A program made the translations under genes and the position numbers. DNA of 64,000 bases, taken from positions 50,007-114,006 of the forward strand of contig JAZNGJ010000139.1 in NCBI GenBank assembly GCA_045576415.1. The letters are read 5' to 3'. This document shows, piece after piece, positions 30,437-38,445 of the stretch (its first letter is position 1; each line of letters opens with the position of its first letter). The notes beneath the pieces are model-generated. The model ran no database searches and was not told the origin of the DNA. It was given only the letters and a program-made list of their open reading frames with translations. The DNA comes from Faecousia sp. GTDB lineage: Bacteria > Bacillota > Clostridia > Oscillospirales > Oscillospiraceae.

Positions 30437-32154
30437 ATTGCCGCACCCCCTGTCTGGGACGCATAGATCTCCTGATAAACGTTGCAGCGCTGCAGCAGCT
30501 CTTCATGGGTACCGGAATCCACCAGCATTCCCTTATCCATCACGAAAATGCAGTCGGAATGCATGGCAGAGGTCACCCGCTGGGTAATGATGATCTGGGT
30601 CTTACGGGCGATCTTCTCACTCAAAGCTCTGCGCAGATTGGCTTCCGTCAGAAAATCCAGCGCAGAAAAGCTGTCATCGAAAATATAGATAGGCGCATCC
30701 TTCAGAACCGCTCTGGCGATGCTCAGCCGCTGCTTTTGTCCGCCGGATAAATTCTTGCCGGACTGCTTGATCTCATGATCCAGTCCTTCGGCATAGTTGT
30801 TGACGAACGAATCTGCCTGGGCGATCTTAAGCGCATCCCAAACCTCCGAGTCGATCGCATCCTGCCGGCCCATCCGCACATTTTCGCCAACGGTTCCGGA
30901 ATAGATGGTGGCATTCTGCAGTACGCAGCTCATATTCTGCCGCATGGTATGGCGGCTGAGCCGGGTCGTAGGAATGCCGTCCAGAAAGACCGTTCCATCC
31001 GTAGGCATCCGGAAGCCCAGCAGCATACTGACAACGGTGCTTTTTCCCGCGCCGGTACCGCCGATGATGGACACCTTCTGTCCTTTGCGGATATGCAGGG
31101 TAATGTCCTTCAGAGCAGGCTCCGCCGCACCCTCGTAGCAAAAGGACACATGATCAAACCGGATATCGCCGGACAGTGTAAGCCCCTGCCGCTGCACAGG
31201 GTCAGCCATTCCCTGGGCATGGAGCACCTGACCGATCCGCTTGGATGCCACCTGCGCATGGGGGAACATGATGATGGTAAACGCGCCCATCAGCACGCCG
31301 CTGGCTACCAGCGATACATACTGCACAATGGCAAACACATCTGCACCGGTCAGATCACTGCCGGTCTCCATTCGCAGACCGCCCAGATACACAATGATCA
31401 CAATGGCAAGATTCAGCAAAAAGGTCGCCAACGGTGTGATCAGCCCCATAGATACATTGCCTTTGATGATGCTTTCCGCCATGATCCGGGTGGCCTCCGC
31501 AATGCGCCCATGCTCCTTTTCTTCCGCATTGAACGCCCGGATCACCCGAATGCCCCGCAGGCGCTGGCGCATGATATCATTCTGCTTGTCGATGTACTCG
31601 TCCGACTTCTCCCACAGGGGCATGATCTTTCTTCCTATTATGATGACAACTGCAAAGATCACAGGGACAAAAGCCAGCAGCGTCAGTGCCAGCGTCACAT
31701 CCTTCCACATTGCCAGTATGACACCGCCAAAAAACAGCACCGGAATGGTGATCACCGTGCCGCACAGCTCGGAAGCGATCCAGGAAACCGTCTGCACATC
31801 ATGGGTCGCCCGGGTCACAAGCGCAGACGCGCCAAGCTGCCCGAACTCCTCAAAGCTCATGGCGTTGACCTTCCGGAACACATCCGCACGAACATCCCTG
31901 CAAAACCCAGCCACCACCCGGCAGGAGACCCAAGAGCCCCACAGCACTGTCGCCAGCGAGACAAGGGACACCGCCAGCATTCGAACGCAGCAGGCAACAA
32001 TATACGCAAGGTCTTCATTGTGGACGCCCTTGTTCAGAATGTCGCTCATAATAGCAGGCAGCAAAAGCTCACACACCGTCGATGCCATTACCAAAACGGT
32101 GGCAAGTACCAGCCCTTTCCGATAGGGCTTCAAATATTTCAGCATTTCTTTCAT
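30433..32154 (-). CDS. ABC exporter subunit (TMD+NBD), degenerate site
   Basis: GGTGAGKS, LSGGQKQ, IFDDSFSALD, ITQR: the TM287/288-type heterodimer signature. Confidence 0.93.
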   Translation of the reverse strand: MKEMLKYLKPYRKGLVLATVLVMASTVCELLLPAIMSDILNKGVHNEDLAYIVACCVRMLAVSLVSLATVLWGSWVSCRVVAGFCRDVRADVFRKVNAMSFEEFGQLGASALVTRATHDVQTVSWIASELCGTVITIPVLFFGGVILAMWKDVTLALTLLAFVPVIFAVVIIIGRKIMPLWEKSDEYIDKQNDIMRQRLRGIRVIRAFNAEEKEHGRIAEATRIMAESIIKGNVSMGLITPLATFLLNLAIVIIVYLGGLRMETGSDLTGADVFAIVQYVSLVASGVLMGAFTIIMFPHAQVASKRIGQVLHAQGMADPVQRQGLTLSGDIRFDHVSFCYEGAAEPALKDITLHIRKGQKVSIIGGTGAGKSTVVSMLLGFRMPTDGTVFLDGIPTTRLSRHTMRQNMSCVLQNATIYSGTVGENVRMGRQDAIDSEVWDALKIAQADSFVNNYAEGLDHEIKQSGKNLSGGQKQRLSIARAVLKDAPIYIFDDSFSALDFLTEANLRRALSEKIARKTQIIITQRVTSAMHSDCIFVMDKGMLVDSGTHEELLQRCNVYQEIYASQTGGAAI

Positions 32155-32176
32155 TTTCTTACCTCAAAAAGCGCAC

Positions 32177-32207
32177 AAAAAACGGCCCAAGCCAAAGCTT
32201 GCGCCGT
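32177..32207 (-). terminator. Attenuator terminator in the ABC exporter leader
   Basis: ACGGCGCAAGC-TTTG-GCTTGGGCCGT plus T-run, just before the exporter RBS. Confidence 0.75.
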
Positions 32208-32233
32208 ACAACAATATCCCACGCAGGTAACTC

Positions 32234-32311
32234 TTACCGCGCAGAACCACAAGGAGCAAGTCTAAGGCCGAAAAATTCTACATTCACAGATACACAAATG
32301 TTGTTCAACAT
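32234..32311 (-). CDS. Putative 25-aa leader peptide MLNNICVSVNVEFFGLRLAPCGSAR
   Basis: RBS AAAGGAGG 8 nt before ATG; lies between promoter and terminator. Confidence 0.65.
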   Translation of the reverse strand: MLNNICVSVNVEFFGLRLAPCGSAR

Positions 32312-32346
32312 ATTGACTTCCTCCTTTCCTTTCAAATTCTGGGGTG

Positions 32347-32375
32347 ATTGTAGCATACATATTTTGGTTTGTCAA
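32347..32375 (-). promoter_or_regulatory. SigA promoter of leader-ABC operon
   Basis: TTGACA-17-(TGc)TACAAT. Confidence 0.75.
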
Positions 32376-32513
32376 ACAAAAAATAGCATGATGACAGAAT
32401 TCCTGCAAGCAATGCATTTCGCCTCGTTTTCTATCAAAAAAGTTCTGATTTCAGCGTATATGCATTATGCATTATTTCTTAATATCCCTTTCATGCAACA
32501 CATATTCAAAAAG

Positions 32514-32582
32514 TTATTCACACTTTCCACAGGTTTTTCCACAGGCACCACCCACGCAAACCCTCTGTCGAAATTTGCCGAA
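32514..32582 (+). promoter_or_regulatory. Three tandem DnaA-box-like 9-mers and two Spo0A-box 7-mers
   Basis: TTATTCACA, CTTTCCACA, TTTTCCACA; TGTCGAA at 32566 and TGCCGAA at 32576. Confidence 0.55.
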
Positions 32583-32690
32583 TTCAGCAATTCCCCTTGT
32601 TTTCTTAACATTTCATCCATAAAATTGTCATATTTTTTAGCAGTCACAAACCGGTTATTCATTATTTGCATGAATAATGCAAAATCCTTT

Positions 32691-32728
32691 AAAAAATGCA
32701 GAAGCCCAAAAGGGCCTCTGCATTTTTT
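32691..32728 (-). terminator. tsaD terminator
   Basis: AAAAAATGCAGA...TCTGCATTTTTT. Confidence 0.7.
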
Positions 32729-33744
32729 CACACCGTTTCGCCTAAAATGGACTTTGTGGCATAGGCGTTCAGGCTCATATCCGCCACATTTCCGGCTTTC
32801 CATTCATAGTATGCCTGAGCGCCGATCATAGCACCGTTATCACCGCACAGCTTCAGCGGCGGCATATAAACTTCCGCGCCAAGCGTTTCCGCGGCAGAAA
32901 AAACATCCTGCCGGATCCGGGAGTTTGCAGCCACGCCCCCGGCCACTGCCACCTTTTTCAGGCCCGTTTCCTGCAGTGCCTGCACCACTCTGGGTGCCAG
33001 TGTATCCGACACCGCGGCAGTGAAGGAAGCACACAGACTGGGAATGTCCAGCTCCTCTCCCACCTGCTGGGCATGGTGGATCAGATTCAAGGCTGCGGTC
33101 TTGAGTCCGGAAAAGCTCATATCATAAGGGTTGGCACCGGGGCGGCTTCTGGGAAGATCGTATTTTTTGTCGTCCCCCTGCCGGGCCATTTTGTCCAGCG
33201 CGGCACCGCCGGGATACGGCATTCCCAATACACGGCCCACCTTGTCAAAGCATTCGCCTGCTGCATCATCAAGGGTCGTGCCAAGGATCCGCATATCCGT
33301 ATAATCCTTCACTTCGATGATCATGGTGTGACCGCCGGATACCACCAAGCACAAAAACGGCGGCTCCAGATCGGGGTATGCCAGATAATTGGCAGCAATA
33401 TGCCCGCGGATATGGTGCACAGGGATCAGCGGCTTATCCAGTGCCAGCGCTGCAGCCTTTGCAAAATTCACACCCACCAACACCGCACCGATAAGTCCCG
33501 GCGCATAGGTCACTGCCACAGCATCAATATCCGATCGATTCAGCCCGGTTTCTGCCAAGGCCTGATCCGCAAGAGCATAGATGGCCTCCATATGCTTGCG
33601 GGAAGCGATCTCCGGCACAACGCCGCCGTATTCCCGGTGCAGCGCCACCTGGGATGCAATGCAGTCGCACAGCACTTCCCGCCCGTCCCGGACGATGGCT
33701 ACAGCAGTTTCATCGCAGGAGGATTCCACAGCCAGAATGTTCAT
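32728..33744 (-). CDS. tsaD: tRNA threonylcarbamoyltransferase TsaD
   Basis: ESSCDET, GGVVPEIASR, HHIRGH, SGGHT, DNGAMI. Confidence 0.97.
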   Translation of the reverse strand: MNILAVESSCDETAVAIVRDGREVLCDCIASQVALHREYGGVVPEIASRKHMEAIYALADQALAETGLNRSDIDAVAVTYAPGLIGAVLVGVNFAKAAALALDKPLIPVHHIRGHIAANYLAYPDLEPPFLCLVVSGGHTMIIEVKDYTDMRILGTTLDDAAGECFDKVGRVLGMPYPGGAALDKMARQGDDKKYDLPRSRPGANPYDMSFSGLKTAALNLIHHAQQVGEELDIPSLCASFTAAVSDTLAPRVVQALQETGLKKVAVAGGVAANSRIRQDVFSAAETLGAEVYMPPLKLCGDNGAMIGAQAYYEWKAGNVADMSLNAYATKSILGETV

Positions 33745-34184
33745 ACTTCCCACTCCTTTCGCAGGATCAAAGCATCCTCTCTCGGATTTCTGTAGTAATT
33801 GGGTCTGCGGCCAGCCTGCCGGAAACCCAGCTTTTCATACAAAGCAATTGCAGGTTCATTAGATGAGCGGACTTCCAGTGTCAGGCTGCTGCTTTCCCGC
33901 TGTTTCAGTTCCATTATTAACTGCTCAATAAGGATCCCGCCGATCCCCTTGCGCCGGTAATCGGGGTGAACCGCAACATTCATCATGTCCGTTTCTCCGC
34001 ACACCGTCTGAGAGCCGACATAGCCCACTACCATATCCCCACTCAACGCAACCATCCACAACGCCAGATCATTTTGCAGCTCGGAAGCAATGCTCTTCTC
34101 GCTCCAGGGCATGGAAAAGCACATTTTCTCCAGCTCCGCCACCTGTGCCACATGGTCTGCCTGCATTTGTACAATTCTCATCAT
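33741..34184 (-). CDS. rimI: Ribosomal-protein N-acetyltransferase RimI
   Basis: PWS, LEVRSSN, RPNYY; adjacent to tsaD. Confidence 0.9.
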   Translation of the reverse strand: MMRIVQMQADHVAQVAELEKMCFSMPWSEKSIASELQNDLALWMVALSGDMVVGYVGSQTVCGETDMMNVAVHPDYRRKGIGGILIEQLIMELKQRESSSLTLEVRSSNEPAIALYEKLGFRQAGRRPNYYRNPREDALILRKEWEV

Positions 34185-36706
34185 TTCGCTTCAAACCAGC
34201 TCTTTCCGATTTTTGCCTCTGCCGTCAGCGGCACGGACAGGCTCGCTACCTGCTCCATCTCTCGGCTGATGAGCGCAGCCACCGATTCCGCAATGGATTC
34301 CGGGCACTCTACAATCAGTTCGTCGTGGACCTGCAGCAGCAGCTTTGCTTCCGGGTACTTATCCCGCAATGCCTGATCCACACGGATCATGGCCATTTTG
34401 ATCAGATCTGCCGCCGTACCCTGTATGGGCGTATTCAGCGCAATGCGCTCTGCGCCGCTTCGGATGTTGAAATTGCTGGACTTCAGCTCCGGAATATACC
34501 GCTTGCGGCCATACATGGTTTCCGTGAAGCCCTTCTCCCGGGCATCGATGACCACCTGCTTCATATATTTGCCCACGCCTGCGTACTTAGCAAGGTAGCT
34601 TTCGATATAATCCTTGGCCTCATACCGGCTGACACCGATATCCTCTGCCAGTGAGAATTCGGAAATGCCGTAAACAATCCCAAAATTGACCGCCTTGGCA
34701 TGACGCCGCTGCAGCGCGCTCACCTGCTCCGGCTCTACGCCAAAAACCTGAGAAGCGGTCACGGAATGGATGTCCAAACCGGATTTAAAAGCATTCTGCA
34801 TCACCGCATCATCGGCAATATGGGCAAGCACCCGCAGCTCGATCTGGCTGTAGTCCGCATCCACAAGAACATAGCCCGGCTTGGGAACGAACATCTTCCG
34901 GATCTCAGCACCCAAGTCAGTGCGCACCGGAATATTCTGCAGATTGGGTTCCGTGGAAGACAGTCTGCCCGTTGCCGTCACCAAATTCTGGAAGGTAGTC
35001 CGGACTCTGCCGTCCTCACAGACTGCATGCATCAAACCGTCGGCATAACTGGACTTCAGTTTGGTCAGCATCCGGTAGTCCATAATGGCAGGAATGATGG
35101 GATGCTTGTTCTTCAGCTTTTCCAGCACATCCGCATTGGTGGAATAGCCGGTCTTGGTCTTCTTCACAGGCGGAAGACCCAATTTTTCAAACAACAGTTC
35201 CCCCAACTGCTTGGTGGAATTGATGTTAAACGGCTCTTCGCTGTAGCTGTAGATCAGCGTTTCGCAATCGTCGATCCGCTGTGAAAGCATATCGCCAAAC
35301 TGCTGCAGCTGCAGCCGGTCTATGGCAATGCCCTCTCTCTCCATACGGTACAACACCGGGCAAAGGGGCAGCTCAATGTCATAATAGAGCTTTTCCATGC
35401 CCTGCTTTTGCAGTTCCTCTGCCAGCACGGGACGCAGATTCCAGATTGCCTCGGCGCAGGCAGCAGCATCCCCATCCTCAACCGTCGCACCAAGGAAATT
35501 GGTAGCCAGCTTGGAAACGGGATAATCCGACTGGGAGGGATTCAGGTCATAGGCAGCCAGTGCGGTGTCAAATACCACCTCATCAAACGCCAATCCCAGT
35601 TCCCCAAGGGCGTGCATGGCTGTTTTGGAGTCATGACATACAAGCTTTGAAGAAGGCAATGCCATGCCCATCTGCGCCTCCATAGGAGTCAGCGAACAAA
35701 CACCATTCTCCCAAGCGACTCCAAGAGAGCCGTCAGGCGCGAGGTACACAGCGCAAACATCCGCCTTTTCCGGCAAACACTCCGCCTTCGGCAGGGATGC
35801 CAGCTTCTTTTCCGGCTTGGGCGCTTCCAGTTCCGCGCCCCGCAGGCCGTATTTGTCGATCAGCCGGACAAACTCCAGTTTCTGGAATAACTCATAAAGT
35901 GCAGGCCGGTTATAGGGCTGCACGATGGCATCCCGGGGTTCAAAATCAATGGGTGCTTCGCAGCGGATGGTGGCAAGGTCATAGGAAAGGTAGGCATTTT
36001 CCTTATTCTTTTCCAGCTTTTCCCGCAGCTTCGGCTTGATGGAAGGATCGTCAAGATTTGCATAAACGCCGTCCAGAGAGCCAAATTTCAACAGCAAGTC
36101 CGTAGCCGTCTTAGGGCCGACACCGGCAACACCGGGGATATTATCGGAAGAATCCCCCATCAGCGCCTTCAGATCCACCATTTTCTTTGGCTCGAAGCCA
36201 TACTCTTCCTGGAACTTATCGACCGTATAGAGCGTAGCCGTGGTCTGGCCGGGTTTGGAGATCACCAGCTTGACATGGACATTTTCATCGATCAGCTGCA
36301 GGCTGTCCCGGTCACCGGTGACGATGACGCATTCCCATTCATTATTGGAGCAGATCCTGCCAACCGTACCGATCACATCGTCCGCTTCCCAGCCCTGACA
36401 CTCATAGATGGGAATATTCATGGCCCGCAGGACATCCTTCATCACCGGCATCTGCATGGCAAGCTCTTCCGGCATGCCATGGCGGGTAGCCTTATAGCCG
36501 TCATACTGCAGGTGGCGGAAGGTAGGGCCGTGAAGGTCAAAGGCAACACAGACAGCCTCCGGCTGCTCTTCCTTTTCCATCTTCTCCAGAATATTCAAAA
36601 AGCCGTAAATGGCATGGGTATAAAGCCCCTCCCTTGTGGTAAGGGGTCTTACGCCGAAAAACGCGCGATTGATAACGGAATTGCCGTCCAGAATCAGCAG
36701 CTTCAT
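34181..36706 (-). CDS. polA: DNA polymerase I
   Basis: LILDGNS 5'-exonuclease, GRLSSTEPNLQNIP, DYSQIELR, LQVHDE. Confidence 0.97.
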   Translation of the reverse strand: MKLLILDGNSVINRAFFGVRPLTTREGLYTHAIYGFLNILEKMEKEEQPEAVCVAFDLHGPTFRHLQYDGYKATRHGMPEELAMQMPVMKDVLRAMNIPIYECQGWEADDVIGTVGRICSNNEWECVIVTGDRDSLQLIDENVHVKLVISKPGQTTATLYTVDKFQEEYGFEPKKMVDLKALMGDSSDNIPGVAGVGPKTATDLLLKFGSLDGVYANLDDPSIKPKLREKLEKNKENAYLSYDLATIRCEAPIDFEPRDAIVQPYNRPALYELFQKLEFVRLIDKYGLRGAELEAPKPEKKLASLPKAECLPEKADVCAVYLAPDGSLGVAWENGVCSLTPMEAQMGMALPSSKLVCHDSKTAMHALGELGLAFDEVVFDTALAAYDLNPSQSDYPVSKLATNFLGATVEDGDAAACAEAIWNLRPVLAEELQKQGMEKLYYDIELPLCPVLYRMEREGIAIDRLQLQQFGDMLSQRIDDCETLIYSYSEEPFNINSTKQLGELLFEKLGLPPVKKTKTGYSTNADVLEKLKNKHPIIPAIMDYRMLTKLKSSYADGLMHAVCEDGRVRTTFQNLVTATGRLSSTEPNLQNIPVRTDLGAEIRKMFVPKPGYVLVDADYSQIELRVLAHIADDAVMQNAFKSGLDIHSVTASQVFGVEPEQVSALQRRHAKAVNFGIVYGISEFSLAEDIGVSRYEAKDYIESYLAKYAGVGKYMKQVVIDAREKGFTETMYGRKRYIPELKSSNFNIRSGAERIALNTPIQGTAADLIKMAMIRVDQALRDKYPEAKLLLQVHDELIVECPESIAESVAALISREMEQVASLSVPLTAEAKIGKSWFEAK

Positions 36707-38118
36707 ACTTTTCTCCACTTTGCGCCCTGAGGTGTATCGATGATCTCGATGCCCTTAAGCTTCAGTTCGTCACGGATCCGGTCGGCTTCTGCCCAGTTTT
36801 TTGCCTTCTTGGCTTCCGTACGGGCCGCAACCAGCGCGTCGATCTCGGGATCGGCATTAGCAGCTTCCTCCTCTGCCTGCTTCTTGGCAAGCTTCTCGGC
36901 AGCAGAGATCAGGTTCAAAGACAGAACCGTATCGAAGTCAGCCAGCGCCGCCAGCTTGGTGGCATCATTGCACTTTGCCTTCAGCACATCGTAAACGGCA
37001 GTCACTGCCAGAGAAGTGTTCAGATCGCCGTTCAGAGCATTGGCAAACTTCTCCTTCAGCTGGGCAAGGGCAGCTTCATCCACTTCGCCCTCTGCTTTAA
37101 AGGTTGCGATCTTGGCGATCAGCTTATCATAGGCGATGACAGCATTGTCAAGATTCTCCCAGCTGAACACCAGATTGCGGCGGTAGTGGCTCTGCAGGCA
37201 GAACAGGCGGTAAGCCATGGGATCGTAGCCCTTGCTTTCCAGCAGAGAAACCGTCAAAAATTCACCCTTGGACTTACTCATCTTGCCGGTATCGGTATTT
37301 AAGTGGTGAACATGGAACCAGTAATTGCACCACTTGTGACCGAGGAAGCTTTCAGACTGGGCGATCTCATTGGTATGGTGCGGGAAGGCATTGTCGATGC
37401 CGCCGGCGTGGATATCCAGATCCTCGCCCAGATGCTTCATAGAAATGCAGGAACATTCGATATGCCAGCCGGGATAGCCCACACCCCAGGGGGAATCCCA
37501 CTTCAGGGCCTGATCTTCAAACTTACTCTTGGTAAACCACAGAACGAAGTCGTTCTTGTTCTTCTTGTTGGTATCCTCTTCCACGCCTTCCCGGACGCCG
37601 GTAGCGAGGTCTTCCTCGTCATGGTCGTTGAATACATAGTACTTATCCAGCGTAGAGGTATCGAAATACACATTGCCGCCGGCAAGGTAGGCACTGCCCT
37701 TTTCCAGCAGAGTCTGCACCATGTGGATGTATTCATCGATGCAGTTGGTGGCAGGCTCGATGACCTCGGGGCGCCTGATGTTCAGCTTATCGCAATCGGC
37801 AAAGAATGCTTCCGTATAGAAACGGGCGATATCCATGACGGACTTATTCTCCCGCTTGGCACCCTTGAGCATCTTATCCTCGCCGGTATCAGCGTCGCTG
37901 GCAAGGTGGCCGACATCGGTTATGTTCATAACACGCTTGACATTGTAGCCGCTATAGCGCAGCGCTTTTTCCAGCACATCCTCCATGATATAGGTGCGCA
38001 GGTTGCCAATATGGGCATAGTGATACACCGTAGGGCCGCAGGTATACATCTTCACCAGATCCGGATTTCTGGGCGTAAACAGTTCTTTCTTATGGGACAG
38101 AGAATTATAAAGATACAT
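36703..38118 (-). CDS. cysS: Cysteinyl-tRNA synthetase
   Basis: CGPTVY, HIGN, PGWHIEC, KMSKS. Confidence 0.97.
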   Translation of the reverse strand: MYLYNSLSHKKELFTPRNPDLVKMYTCGPTVYHYAHIGNLRTYIMEDVLEKALRYSGYNVKRVMNITDVGHLASDADTGEDKMLKGAKRENKSVMDIARFYTEAFFADCDKLNIRRPEVIEPATNCIDEYIHMVQTLLEKGSAYLAGGNVYFDTSTLDKYYVFNDHDEEDLATGVREGVEEDTNKKNKNDFVLWFTKSKFEDQALKWDSPWGVGYPGWHIECSCISMKHLGEDLDIHAGGIDNAFPHHTNEIAQSESFLGHKWCNYWFHVHHLNTDTGKMSKSKGEFLTVSLLESKGYDPMAYRLFCLQSHYRRNLVFSWENLDNAVIAYDKLIAKIATFKAEGEVDEAALAQLKEKFANALNGDLNTSLAVTAVYDVLKAKCNDATKLAALADFDTVLSLNLISAAEKLAKKQAEEEAANADPEIDALVAARTEAKKAKNWAEADRIRDELKLKGIEIIDTPQGAKWRKV

Positions 38119-38144
38119 ATTGGGTTCCTCCAATCGTTATTTAC

Positions 38145-38332
38145 AAAAATAAAACGCCTCCTGCACCATTCGTACAAGAGGCGGCAAAACCGCGGTTCCA
38201 CTCTCATTTATTCCTTGATATCCACTTAGCCGCTCCCGGACGCACTTTCGCAGCGCTCCCCTGCCGGCGCTTACAGCCAAGGCCCCGGCTCTCTGAAGGT
38301 TTGACTTCTGCTACTCTTTCCGTTCATTGCGG
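38145..38332 (-). promoter_or_regulatory. T-box riboswitch, Cys specifier
   Basis: Stem I with AGAGAG and GCTG motifs, specifier loop GAAAG-TGC-G, T-box AGAGTGGAACCGCG, terminator CGCCTC...GAGGCG-TTTT; promoter TTGACA-18-TAAAAT upstream. Confidence 0.9.
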
Positions 38333-38445
38333 TATATTCTTTGCCATTTTACCATTTCCATACCGCAGTTGTCAAGGCTTCCATCCGTTGACTTTCTTCA
38401 CCCGAGGGATTATAATGTCAATATTACCCGTTATCCGGAGGCATT

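Noticed and set aside
32390-32690. Possible oriC
   Set aside because: Only three imperfect boxes, no dnaA/dnaN/rpmH nearby, and no switch in gene orientation
32465-32803. 112-aa minus-strand ORF in the AT-rich spacer
   Set aside because: Starts inside tsaD, crosses its terminator, and has no RBS or recognisable protein features
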